Origin: a bacterium
Lineage (GTDB): Bacteria; Zhuqueibacterota; Zhuqueibacteria; Oceanimicrobiales; Oceanimicrobiaceae
DNA length: 64,000 nt
Direction: 5' to 3'
Assembly (NCBI GenBank): GCA_046757525.1
Contig: JBHHYI010000002.1
Coordinates: 9,326 to 73,325 of the forward strand
The first letter of the stretch is position 1; each line of letters starts with the position of its first letter. The translations under genes were made by a program, and so were the position numbers. Below, piece after piece: positions 49,593-59,327 of this stretch. Below the pieces are notes generated by a model that worked only from the letters and a program-made list of their open reading frames with translations, did not search any database and had not been told where the DNA came from.

Positions 49593-51068
49593 CTAATTAA
49601 GACCGTTTGCAGGTTGCTGAGCTTTTTTGTACAATCCAATGCTGAGATTGCTAAACTGTCCTTTCAAAACTCGGACGTCCTTGAGAGTCTTGGTGTAATA
49701 TCCCGGGCTGATGATTCTCAAAGTATACCTGCCCGGATTGACGATGCGATAAAATCCTCCGGTTTCAGCATCGGTTTTTCTATTATGTGTGTGATCGGAT
49801 GAAAACTCCTCGACTTTTATTTCCGCTAACAACGGGGCTTTGGTGAAGGCATCGATGACATGGCCGCGAATGCCCGTGTCTAACGTTCTATCGAGCAGGT
49901 AAAAGGCACCTTTCATGTTTTCGTTGATGATGCTCGAAATGTCTTGTTCTGCCGGAAAATACTCGGTTGCAACTTCGACAATGTAATCCAGCACGCTTAA
50001 GTAGCCATACATCCAGATCGAACTCTGTCCCACGCGACCATTCAGCGGCAAAATAGAATAGTTGCCACGTCCAGAAAGCCGCCTTATTCTCGACGCCATC
50101 TTGCTTGCGATGTCTACAATGAGGTCCAAATCGGGCGGCTTCTTGTAATTGCCCCAGGGAAACAGGATGGATTCGCCATAGCTATGATAGGAGATTCCAA
50201 TAACGAAATTCTCTCGTATCGCCAAGTCGCGCACCGCCTGAGTTTCTTTTTCCGAAAACGGACCCTTGCCCCGGTAGAACCAACTGCTGGGCTTACCATC
50301 GCCGCCATCCTTCCAATTATAATCATAATTTCTATTTAAGTCAACCCCATCTATCATGGGATCAAAAACGCCGTCACCGTTGTTGTCCCGGAGATTCTTG
50401 CGCCACCACGGAAAGCTCAAATGGTTGTCGAGAATGTACTTATACCCATCGGGATTGACCAAGGGGACAAACCAGATTTCAATAGCATTCACCCATCTTG
50501 TAATTTTAGGGTCTTTTCCGTATCTCTCACAGAGTCTCTTCATCAATTGCAAACAAATCTTGGCGCCGATTGGTTCACGTGCGTGATGCACGCCCGTAAA
50601 CAATATCCTGGGCTCGTCTTCTCTTTTGACAGCATTATCCGATATCTTCACGGCCCATATAGGAAGCCCCAGTGCTGTCGTAGTGCCGATTTGGTCTATC
50701 TTTACGATGTCGGGGTATTCTTCTTGCAGGCTCTTGATGTCAGACTCGATAGAACTCAAGGGCCGATAGGCTTTCGGAACGTTTGGCTTGGCCGGTCGAA
50801 ATGGCGCGCTAACTTTGCGCAGAGCGAACGTTGTTTGTCCGTGGAGTTGGGGCCGCGCAAATAGTGCGTACGTCCCCTGCGCTTTCGTTTTCTTTCTTAG
50901 CTTGGAGTCGGATCGCGAGGAATCTTTTGGGGTCGGTCTGAGAATGGGGAGACTTTCTTGAGAGCGTGTCCCCTTGTTGCCAAAAATCACCAGCACGATA
51001 AAGCCAAAAAATACGGCAGAAATGCTAAGAACAAAACGCTTCAAAGTTAGCAGCTCGTAGTTTCGCAT
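49593..51068 (-). CDS. M14-family zinc carboxypeptidase with a C-terminal carboxypeptidase-regulatory-like domain.
   Basis: 491 aa. It carries a zinc-binding HxxE (GVHHAREPIG), ISYHSYGESILFPWG and a C-terminal CarbopepD_reg-like beta domain. Confidence 0.75.
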   Translation of the reverse strand: MRNYELLTLKRFVLSISAVFFGFIVLVIFGNKGTRSQESLPILRPTPKDSSRSDSKLRKKTKAQGTYALFARPQLHGQTTFALRKVSAPFRPAKPNVPKAYRPLSSIESDIKSLQEEYPDIVKIDQIGTTTALGLPIWAVKISDNAVKREDEPRILFTGVHHAREPIGAKICLQLMKRLCERYGKDPKITRWVNAIEIWFVPLVNPDGYKYILDNHLSFPWWRKNLRDNNGDGVFDPMIDGVDLNRNYDYNWKDGGDGKPSSWFYRGKGPFSEKETQAVRDLAIRENFVIGISYHSYGESILFPWGNYKKPPDLDLIVDIASKMASRIRRLSGRGNYSILPLNGRVGQSSIWMYGYLSVLDYIVEVATEYFPAEQDISSIINENMKGAFYLLDRTLDTGIRGHVIDAFTKAPLLAEIKVEEFSSDHTHNRKTDAETGGFYRIVNPGRYTLRIISPGYYTKTLKDVRVLKGQFSNLSIGLYKKAQQPANGLN

Positions 51069-51172
51069 GACTGTGAGGTAAGAAAATTAAACTGTTATAG
51101 ATTCTAACAACGCAAAAAGTTCAGATTATTTCTTAAATACAATATTCGACGAATCTCACGAACGCAGCAATG

Positions 51173-52693
51173 TCACAAAGCTCGCAAAAATTGGACAGAA
51201 TCCTGGGCAAAATTGGCCAAGGGAGCCCAATATATTCCAAGCAAGATAGTGGGGACAACCAGGACGACAAGCAGGGTAACGAAAAAAGGAGATATTGCAA
51301 CAGGTGTTAGTTTTTCTTCCAGACTTTTATCTAAGAACATAGCCTTGATGATACGGGCATAGTAATACAGGGAAACAACGCTGTTAATGATACCCACAAC
51401 CGCTAACCAATAATAACTGGTACCCGCCTTGATTACGGCGGCAAAAAGGTAAAACTTCCCGACAAAACCGGCCGTTGGAGGCAAACCAGTAAGCGAAAAG
51501 AGAAAAACCCCCATGGCCACAGCGGGAATCGGGGCTCGCCAGGCCAATCCCTTGTAGTCCTCGATACTCTCACTACCGACCAGTTCCTGGTTGATGATGA
51601 CGACTAAGAAAGCGCCAATATTCATTAAATAGTACACGACCAAATAGAACATGGTCGCATGAATCCCCTGTTCGGAAAGAACCACGGTACCCATCAAAGC
51701 ATAGCCGGCGTGGGCAATGCTCGAATAGGCCAACAGTCGTTTCACGTTGTTCTGAACGATGGCAACGAGATTCCCCAGTGTCATGGTAGCAGCGGAAATC
51801 ACGGCCAAAAGCTGCGCCCAGTCAAGACCCGACAGCACAGACCAATCGCCAACGTGGCCGCTGGAAGTCCCGGAGGTCAGAGCCACATTGAAAAAGCGAA
51901 TCAGGAGCGCAAAGCCAGCCGCTTTGGGTCCCACAGAAAGAAAAGCTGTGATCGGCGTGGGCGCGCCCTCGTAGACATCCGGCGTCCAGAAATGAAACGG
52001 AACCGAAGCGATCTTATATCCAAATCCACCCAAAATCAAAAGCACCGAAACGAACAACGTCAACTTGTCCGGGCTGGAAGTGGCCAGAACCGTTTGGATT
52101 TCATAAATGTTGAGCGTTCCGGTCAGTCCGTATAGCAGGGAAATGCCGTATAACATCAACCCTGATGAAAAGGCACCGTAAATCGTGTACTTCAGGCCAG
52201 CCTCGCTGGACCGCCGCCGCGTCTTCAAATAAGTCGCCAGGATGAACGACGTGATGCTTACCAACTCGATGGATATATAAATCGTGATTAAATTGGTGGC
52301 TGAGGCCATCAAAAACATGCCCAGTGTGGTGGCAATCAATAAGGTAAAATATTCCCCAACGGGCCGGCCAGAGAGCTCCAAAGAACCGATAGACAAAAAT
52401 ATCACGATGAAAGTGGATGCCAGAAAAAGCACCTTAAAGAACAAAGCAAATGGATCCACAACCAACATGTCATTGAAAAGCGAATAGCTGCCCAGTTTGT
52501 ATTGAGCCAACACCGTAACGAACGTCGCCACAATTCCGAGCAAGGCTACCATCGAGGTCCACGGAGACTTCTCTTTCTTGAGAATTATGTCGGCTATGAC
52601 CAGAATTACGATGACTCCGGTCAGAAGGATCTCGGGGATAAAATAGCTTAGGCTTGCAATGTTATTTTGTAACGCAGAAGAATAATCCATCAT
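51173..52693 (-). CDS. nuoN: NADH-quinone oxidoreductase subunit N.
   Basis: 506 aa polytopic antiporter-like subunit, last in the nuo cluster. Confidence 0.85.
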   Translation of the reverse strand: MMDYSSALQNNIASLSYFIPEILLTGVIVILVIADIILKKEKSPWTSMVALLGIVATFVTVLAQYKLGSYSLFNDMLVVDPFALFFKVLFLASTFIVIFLSIGSLELSGRPVGEYFTLLIATTLGMFLMASATNLITIYISIELVSITSFILATYLKTRRRSSEAGLKYTIYGAFSSGLMLYGISLLYGLTGTLNIYEIQTVLATSSPDKLTLFVSVLLILGGFGYKIASVPFHFWTPDVYEGAPTPITAFLSVGPKAAGFALLIRFFNVALTSGTSSGHVGDWSVLSGLDWAQLLAVISAATMTLGNLVAIVQNNVKRLLAYSSIAHAGYALMGTVVLSEQGIHATMFYLVVYYLMNIGAFLVVIINQELVGSESIEDYKGLAWRAPIPAVAMGVFLFSLTGLPPTAGFVGKFYLFAAVIKAGTSYYWLAVVGIINSVVSLYYYARIIKAMFLDKSLEEKLTPVAISPFFVTLLVVLVVPTILLGIYWAPLANFAQDSVQFLRAL

Positions 52694-52702
52694 GATATGC
52701 TT

Positions 52703-54274
52703 TTATTGTAGACCGAAAAAGGTCGTGGTTCCCGCGGCAGCAACAACGTGCACTAAATTGTTTAGAGAGACCTTGATCAGGTCCAGCAACGGGGCCGGGT
52801 AAACCCCCAGGAAAATGACGATAACAGCTAATGGCACCAGGGTGAATAATTCCCTGCCATTTATCTCTGGCAGATCGGCATATTTGGGGTTTAGTTTGCC
52901 AAAAAACATCCTTTGCAGAGACCACAAAAAATAGCCGGCTGTGACCACGATCCCCAGGGTTGAAACGATGGTAATCACTTTTAGATTAAACAGCTCAGAA
53001 CCGAAGGCACCGAGAAATGAAAAGGCCTCACTGATGAAACTGGACAAACCCGGCAGCCCCAGGCCGCCGAAGAATGCCAGACTAAATATGCCAGCATAAA
53101 TGGGCACCTTCACCGCCAGACCGCCGAAACCATCGATGTCGCGATGATGGGCGCGATCGTAGATTACGCCCACCAGGAGAAAGAGCATGGCGGTCACCGT
53201 GCCATGATTGAACATTTGCATCACCGCGCCGTTCATCCCCAGCGGCGTCAGGGCAGACATGCCTAACAAGACGATGCCCATGTGACTGATGCTGGAGTAG
53301 GCCACCATCTTCTTCAGGTCCTTTTGCCCCAGGGCACAAAAAGCCCCGTAGAGAATGTTGATCAGACCCAGGATGGCCAGGCCATAGGCACAGTATTGGT
53401 ATTTCATGGCATCGGGGAGCATGGGGAAGCTAATGCGGAGCATGCCGTAAGTGCCCATCTTCAACAGCACGCCTGCGAGAATCACGCTAATTGCCGTCGG
53501 GGCTTCCACGTGAGCATCCGGAAGCCAGGTATGAAAAGGAAACACGGGTACCTTAATGGCAAAACCAACAAACAAGGCCACATAAAGGAGCAAACGAATA
53601 TTGAAGTTGTGCAACACCCCGGTGTGATTGGCCTGGTTCATCATGTGGAGCATGTTAAAAGTATGTCCACCGGTAGCCGGGTCCTGGACGTTGAAATACA
53701 GCACCAACATGACCAGCAACATGAACACACTGCCCAACAGCGTGTACAAGAAAAACTTTATGGCAGCATACGGACCTCCCCTCACCATGCCATCCGGATC
53801 CACTCGCGAAGGACTGCCCCAAACCCCGATAAGAAAGTACATGGGCAGCAACATGATCTCCCAGAAAATATAGAACAAGAAGAAATCCAACGCACAAAAC
53901 ACCCCCATCATACCGGTGTCGAGCAGCAAGAACATAGCAAAGTAGCCCTTGACGCCCCGGTCGATGCCCCAGGAGGCAAAAATGCAGATGAAGGAGAGCA
54001 GCGCCGTCAACAAAACCATGGGAATGCTGAGTCCGTCGATTCCCATAAAATATTCTATATTAAACGAAGGAATCCATTTGTAGTGCTCAATAAACTGAAA
54101 ACTGATACTTGTGGTATCAAAGTGCAGGTAAAGCCAGGCAGCGATAACCACCTGGATGCCCGTGAACACGGCCGCGATTGACCTGATCAGATTCTTGTTT
54201 GATTTTGGAGCCAACAGAATGAGAAAAATCCCCACAATTGGCATGAAGGTGATCAGCGTTAATGCTTTGTCCAT
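52703..54274 (-). CDS. nuoM: NADH-quinone oxidoreductase subunit M.
   Basis: 523 aa antiporter-like subunit. Confidence 0.85.
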   Translation of the reverse strand: MDKALTLITFMPIVGIFLILLAPKSNKNLIRSIAAVFTGIQVVIAAWLYLHFDTTSISFQFIEHYKWIPSFNIEYFMGIDGLSIPMVLLTALLSFICIFASWGIDRGVKGYFAMFLLLDTGMMGVFCALDFFLFYIFWEIMLLPMYFLIGVWGSPSRVDPDGMVRGGPYAAIKFFLYTLLGSVFMLLVMLVLYFNVQDPATGGHTFNMLHMMNQANHTGVLHNFNIRLLLYVALFVGFAIKVPVFPFHTWLPDAHVEAPTAISVILAGVLLKMGTYGMLRISFPMLPDAMKYQYCAYGLAILGLINILYGAFCALGQKDLKKMVAYSSISHMGIVLLGMSALTPLGMNGAVMQMFNHGTVTAMLFLLVGVIYDRAHHRDIDGFGGLAVKVPIYAGIFSLAFFGGLGLPGLSSFISEAFSFLGAFGSELFNLKVITIVSTLGIVVTAGYFLWSLQRMFFGKLNPKYADLPEINGRELFTLVPLAVIVIFLGVYPAPLLDLIKVSLNNLVHVVAAAGTTTFFGLQ

Positions 54275-54308
54275 TTAATTGAGTCCCTCTCGTTATAGAA
54301 ATTTACGA

Positions 54309-56300
54309 TTAAAAAAGCTGGATGATGAACAGCGCCACCACAGCGGCCAAAGCCATCAAAATGTAACTTTGAACTTTTCCCGTTTGTACCTCCCTCAATT
54401 GGGTGCCAAAGAAACCGACAACTCTTGCCACGAGATTAACCAAACCATCTACGATTCTCAGATCGAAGCGGCCTTCGGCGAACGAGAACAAGGTTACCAC
54501 TTTGGCAGCACCGTTGACAACGCCATCGATCACTCTCAAATCGAAAACGGCAGAGGCGCGACTGAGCAGCAAGGTCCCTTTGACGGCGGTAGCACTGTAA
54601 AGCTCATCAAAATAATATTTGTTCCAGAGCAACGTGTAAATGCCCTTTAAGCGTGCTCCCCACGCTTCGGCAGAAATTTTGTGCCAATAATAAGTCGCCG
54701 TGGCCAGCAAGATTCCAAGACCGGCAAACAAAATGGAGGAAATCATAGCGATATTGTGCGCCAAATGGGTGCCCGCGTGGGCAGCTTCATGAGGCACCAG
54801 GCTTGCGGCGGCGGCCGTGGCATAGGTACTTAGTTCAGGTTTGGCCAGAAGGTGCTCGAACCAGCCCCACGAAATGGTGCCGATGGAAAATAATGCCAGC
54901 ACCGAAAGGGGCACGGTCATCACCCACGGAGACTCGTGGGCATGATCATACTTCTCCTGAACGCGTGGCTTGCCCGCAAATGTCAAGTAAACAAGCCGGA
55001 ACATGTAGAAGGCGGTAATGCCGGCGGAAACCACCATCACGATGAAGATAATCAAATGCTGCGGATGCTCCAAACCGAACTCCAAAGAGGCGCCGAGAAT
55101 GGCGTCCTTGCTCCAGAATCCAGCGAACGGCCAAACACCAGAAATCGAAAGCGTGGCGATCAAGAAGGTTGCAAAGGTGATTGGCATTTTCTTGCGTAGC
55201 CCACCCATTTCAGGCATCTCCTGGGTGTGCAAAGCATGGATTACGCTGCCGGAACCCAAAAACAACAAGGCTTTGAAAAACGCGTGGGTGGTTAAATGAA
55301 AAAGCCCTGCGGTATATCCTCCGGTCCCCAGACCTACCATCATGTAGCCTAATTGGCTGATGGTAGAATAGGCCAAAACCCTCTTGATGTCCGTCTGCAC
55401 AATGGCAATGGTGGCCGCCATGAAGGCGGTAATGGTGCCGATGTAGGCAATGACCAGCAGAGCGTCTTCCGTGTAAAACACGAAGGTGCGTCCCACCATG
55501 TAAACGCCGGCTGCAACCATGGTTGCAGCGTGAATCAGCGCACTGACTGGCGTGGGACCTTCCATAGCGTCGGGCAGCCAGACGTGCAGTGGGAACTGGG
55601 CCGACTTGCCAATGGCACCCATGAAAAGTAAAACGCCAGCCAATGTTAGCCATCCCCCCTGCAATTGGCCGTCAGCAACTGCCCGAAATATGTCCTGAAA
55701 GTTGAAACTTCCTAAGGTGGAAAAAATAATCAGAATGCCAGCAAACATCCCCACATCGCCGACGCGGTTGGTGAGAAAGGCCTTTTTGCCGGCGTTGGCG
55801 GCCGAGTCCTTCTCGAACCAAAATCCGATGAGCAAATACGAACACAGGCCCACAAGTTCCCAGAAAATGTAAATACCAAAGAAGTTGTCGACCAAAATCA
55901 AGCCAAGCATGGAAAAGGAAAAGAGGGACAGATAAGCAAAATAGCGACTGTAGCGCGGATCGCCATGCATGTAGCCTATGGAATACAGATGAATCAAGGC
56001 ACTGATCAGCGTGACAACCATGAGCATGACTGCCGTCAAATTGTCTATGTGGAATCCAAAGGTAACGGCAACGGGGCCAAAGTTGATCCATTCCCATCTC
56101 TGGGTTATCTTAAATTCCGGGTCGTAATTGGACAAGACTTGCAGAAATATCGGTAGCGCCAAAACAAAAGCAGCAAACATGGCCAAGGTGGGAAGCCAGG
56201 CACCCTGTTTCGGAAGGCGTTTCCCGAAGAATATTTGAATCGTAAATGCGAATAGAGGCAATAATAGAATGAAAATCGCGTTGGTAATCGGATCACTCAT
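54309..56300 (-). CDS. nuoL: NADH-quinone oxidoreductase subunit L.
   Basis: 663 aa antiporter-like subunit with a long C-terminal extension. Confidence 0.85.
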   Translation of the reverse strand: MSDPITNAIFILLLPLFAFTIQIFFGKRLPKQGAWLPTLAMFAAFVLALPIFLQVLSNYDPEFKITQRWEWINFGPVAVTFGFHIDNLTAVMLMVVTLISALIHLYSIGYMHGDPRYSRYFAYLSLFSFSMLGLILVDNFFGIYIFWELVGLCSYLLIGFWFEKDSAANAGKKAFLTNRVGDVGMFAGILIIFSTLGSFNFQDIFRAVADGQLQGGWLTLAGVLLFMGAIGKSAQFPLHVWLPDAMEGPTPVSALIHAATMVAAGVYMVGRTFVFYTEDALLVIAYIGTITAFMAATIAIVQTDIKRVLAYSTISQLGYMMVGLGTGGYTAGLFHLTTHAFFKALLFLGSGSVIHALHTQEMPEMGGLRKKMPITFATFLIATLSISGVWPFAGFWSKDAILGASLEFGLEHPQHLIIFIVMVVSAGITAFYMFRLVYLTFAGKPRVQEKYDHAHESPWVMTVPLSVLALFSIGTISWGWFEHLLAKPELSTYATAAAASLVPHEAAHAGTHLAHNIAMISSILFAGLGILLATATYYWHKISAEAWGARLKGIYTLLWNKYYFDELYSATAVKGTLLLSRASAVFDLRVIDGVVNGAAKVVTLFSFAEGRFDLRIVDGLVNLVARVVGFFGTQLREVQTGKVQSYILMALAAVVALFIIQLF

Positions 56301-56346
56301 CTTCTGTTTCTATCTTTCTGTTTAGGTCTCCTTTGGCGCATCGCGT

Positions 56347-56658
56347 CTATCGTGCAAGTGTATCCGCTTCGTCTAAATCAATGGAATGGAAACGCTGATA
56401 AATGTTTAAAACGATCGCCAGGGCTACTGCGGCCCCGGCCGCGGCGGTTATGATGATAAATATCCCAAAAATTTGGCCGTCCAAATCGGTGTCTGCAAAA
56501 CGGGCAAAGGCAACAAAGTTAATGTTGGCAGCATTCAGGATCAGCTCAATGCCCATCAACACGGTGATGGCATTTTTCTTGGTGATGACACTCAACAAAC
56601 CCAGACAGAACAGGATTGCGCTTACAGTCAAATAATGGTCCAAACCGATGTGTGACAT
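56347..56658 (-). CDS. nuoK: NADH-quinone oxidoreductase subunit K.
   Basis: 103 aa with three TM helices. It carries LILNAANINFVAF. Confidence 0.85.
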   Translation of the reverse strand: MSHIGLDHYLTVSAILFCLGLLSVITKKNAITVLMGIELILNAANINFVAFARFADTDLDGQIFGIFIIITAAAGAAVALAIVLNIYQRFHSIDLDEADTLAR

Positions 56659-56660
56659 CT

Positions 56661-57158
56661 TCAGACTTTCTCCTTCCTGGCGATAAAGGCGGCCCCGATC
56701 AAAGCGCCCAACAACAGCACAGAAGCGATTTCAAAGGGAATCAGGAACTTGGTCATCAACAGATTGCCGATTCTTGCCGTAGTCGGAGCAAACGCCGAGA
56801 CCTGCACACTGTTCCAGGTCGTTTTATAGACTACGCGCAACAATATCACCAACACGCCGCCTACAACTAAGAGAGCCGGCAACAACTGCAGAGTTCCAGT
56901 GCGGAGCTGCGTACTGGCAGCTTTTTGCGAAAGCATCACCCCAAAGATCAACAAAATCAAGATTCCACCAACGTAAATCAAAACCTGAACCACAGCCAAA
57001 AAGTCTGCTGCCAGTAGCACGTAAATCCCGGCGACGCCGAAGAAAGTAAACAACAAGCCCACCGCAGAGTAAATGACGCTCTTCGAAAAGGCCATGACCA
57101 CAGCCGAGAAAATGGTGAGAGCAGCAAATCCATAAAAGACAATGTCGAAAAGACTCAT
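56661..57158 (-). CDS. nuoJ: NADH-quinone oxidoreductase subunit J.
   Basis: It starts MSLFDIVFYGFAALTIFSAVVMAF. ATG 57158 is preferred over the ORF-track TTG at 57182. Confidence 0.8.
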   Translation of the reverse strand: MSLFDIVFYGFAALTIFSAVVMAFSKSVIYSAVGLLFTFFGVAGIYVLLAADFLAVVQVLIYVGGILILLIFGVMLSQKAASTQLRTGTLQLLPALLVVGGVLVILLRVVYKTTWNSVQVSAFAPTTARIGNLLMTKFLIPFEIASVLLLGALIGAAFIARKEKV

Positions 57159-57190
57159 ATTCCTTTGCTTGCTTTCATTCAATCAAGTTA

Positions 57191-57420
57191 CTAAAAGCTC
57201 TTTGCACGCGTTGCGTGCTTTTACATGCAAGAAACGACCGAAGCGTTCCTTAACAGCATTGTGCAAGTCATCCCGAGTAGGTCACTGCTTCTCAAGTGAC
57301 CGTATCGAGGGGTGACGGCCGTCGCCCTTCGATGTGTCCCGACCCAAAAGCGGTCGGGACTACTCAGGGCGACTACCTTTTTGCTCAAGCAAAAACAACT
57401 GTCATTCAATCCCGGTCGTT
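57191..57420 (+). repeat. Intergenic repeat element, copy C, composite, antisense between nuoH and nuoJ.
   Basis: 57258-57311 reads TTGTGCAAGTCATCCCGAGTAGGTCACTGcttctcaAGTGACCGTATCGAGGGG. Downstream is a perfect hairpin GTCCCGACC-caaaagc-GGTCGGGAC. Its 5' module (57191-57245) is also found at 60545-60590. Confidence 0.8.
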
Positions 57421-57484
57421 GCGTAACTCGAAACGACAAGACCGTCGGGACTTTTCGGACAGCTCCACTCCAGAGGAGTGTTTC

Positions 57485-58549
57485 TTAGAAGACGATGTAG
57501 AATCCGACGCCAATCATGGACACGAAAGCAAACGGGGTCAGAACTTTCCAGCACGTGTACATGAGCTGGTCCACACGCAAGCGCGGCAAGGTCCATCGCA
57601 GCCACATCTGAACAAACATTAGTCCAAAAGCCTTTAGGAATATCCAGAAGATTTGAAATACACCGTGATCCAAAAACGGGATCAATGAACCGAATGGACT
57701 GGACCAACCCCCTAAGAACAGTGTTGCTCCGACAACCCCGACCAGAAACATGTTGGCATATTCCGCCAAAAAGAACATAGCCCACTTCATGCCGCTGTAT
57801 TCGGTGTGAAAGCCTGCGACAATTTCTGACTCAGCTTCCGGAATATCGAATGGCGCCCGGTTTACTTCAGCCAAAGAAGCAACAAAATAAATCAAAAATG
57901 CGACGAGGTTAAACGGGAAAAATCGCCAAACCAGCCAATTTTGAATTCCCCCGACTTGCGCCTCTACCATCTGCCCCAGGTTCATCGACCCCACCGTCAT
58001 GATTACCACTAAAACAGCAAGAGACGCCGGCACTTCAAAGCTTACGATTTGCGCCGCAGACCGCATCCCACCCAACAGAGACCACTTGTTGTTGGAAGCC
58101 CAGCCAGCCAAAATGATGCCCACCACAACAAATGAGGAAATGGCGATAATGTAAAGCATACCAACATTGAGATCGCTGATGACAAATCTTCTTCCGAAGG
58201 GTAAGACGGCAAACGCGGCTAAGGTGGCGACGAATACGATAAAAGGGGCTAATAGATGCAGACGCTTGTCGGCAGCGGTGGGAACGATGTCCTCTTTTAG
58301 GAGAAGCTTGACAGCGTCCGCCAGGGTTTGCGCCCAGCCATGCCAACCTCCCACATACATGGGACCAAGACGGTCCTGCATGTGGGCGGAGATTTTTCTT
58401 TCCAAATAGACCCCGACCAGCGCCAGCACGGCTGCCAATGATGTCAAAACAACGGCACCAAGGATCATGAAAATTATTGCAACGACAGCTTCGGGTAATT
58501 CTCCTATGAAGGTTTGACTGTGGGCTAAATGCTCAATAAGTTCATGCAT
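57485..58549 (-). CDS. nuoH: NADH-quinone oxidoreductase subunit H.
   Basis: 354 aa. The motif ERKISAHMQDRLGP is typical of NuoH/ND1. Confidence 0.85.
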   Translation of the reverse strand: MHELIEHLAHSQTFIGELPEAVVAIIFMILGAVVLTSLAAVLALVGVYLERKISAHMQDRLGPMYVGGWHGWAQTLADAVKLLLKEDIVPTAADKRLHLLAPFIVFVATLAAFAVLPFGRRFVISDLNVGMLYIIAISSFVVVGIILAGWASNNKWSLLGGMRSAAQIVSFEVPASLAVLVVIMTVGSMNLGQMVEAQVGGIQNWLVWRFFPFNLVAFLIYFVASLAEVNRAPFDIPEAESEIVAGFHTEYSGMKWAMFFLAEYANMFLVGVVGATLFLGGWSSPFGSLIPFLDHGVFQIFWIFLKAFGLMFVQMWLRWTLPRLRVDQLMYTCWKVLTPFAFVSMIGVGFYIVF

Positions 58550-58579
58550 CTATGAAAATGTGGTCCTTTCCCAGCGATG

Positions 58580-59011
58580 TTACCCAGCGAATTCTTCAAC
58601 CAGTTGCTTTTTTTCTTCAACAGGTGCCACATCCGGAGCCGGCACGGTTGGAGGTTTGTCCCATTCCAGGTCGCCTTTGGCCCAGACATAAGCTAATCCA
58701 ACCAACAGAATAAACACAAATACCATCATTTCTACAAAAGCAAACAGACCGAGGTCCTTGAACACAACAGCCCACGGAAACAAGAATACGATTTCAACAT
58801 CGAAAATCAAAAAGACAAGCGCTACCACATAAAATCGAATGTTGAACTGAATCCACGAATCTCCAATGGGGGTTTCACCACATTCGTAGGTGCTCAGTTT
58901 TCCAGGATGCGGACTTCGTGCCTGAATGATCCGCGACAATATCAAGTTTACCCCAACAAACAGGGCGCCAAAAATCAAGAAAACTAAGATATTGGCGAAA
59001 TTAAAAAGCAT
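58580..59011 (-). CDS. nuoA: NADH-quinone oxidoreductase subunit A.
   Basis: It starts MLFNFANILVFLIFGALFV and carries YECGE, typical of NuoA/ND3. An AAAGGA RBS sits before ATG 59011. Confidence 0.8.
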   Translation of the reverse strand: MLFNFANILVFLIFGALFVGVNLILSRIIQARSPHPGKLSTYECGETPIGDSWIQFNIRFYVVALVFLIFDVEIVFLFPWAVVFKDLGLFAFVEMMVFVFILLVGLAYVWAKGDLEWDKPPTVPAPDVAPVEEKKQLVEEFAG

Positions 59012-59327
59012 TGATAATCCTTTCCGGCATGAGGGCAAAAAAAATTAGCCATGGCTAATTTACAAGGCTGTATTATAAGAAATTTTTGACACTTAGTCAA
59101 GTGAAAATTTGGATGGCACTACAAATTGGAAGGAGCTTGGCGTGAGAACCGTAAAACTTCTGCAACATTGCTTCAGCGGCACCGGACCGCGTCGATAATA
59201 AGCATACCAACTACTTGTCCTGAAGAAGCACCTTAACCTTCATTACCTTAGGCCTCGGCAGCTCGCAAAATTGACATCTCGCATGACCCCGTTGAGCTCC
59301 GGGGCCCCTTTTTTCTGTGAAAACTAA

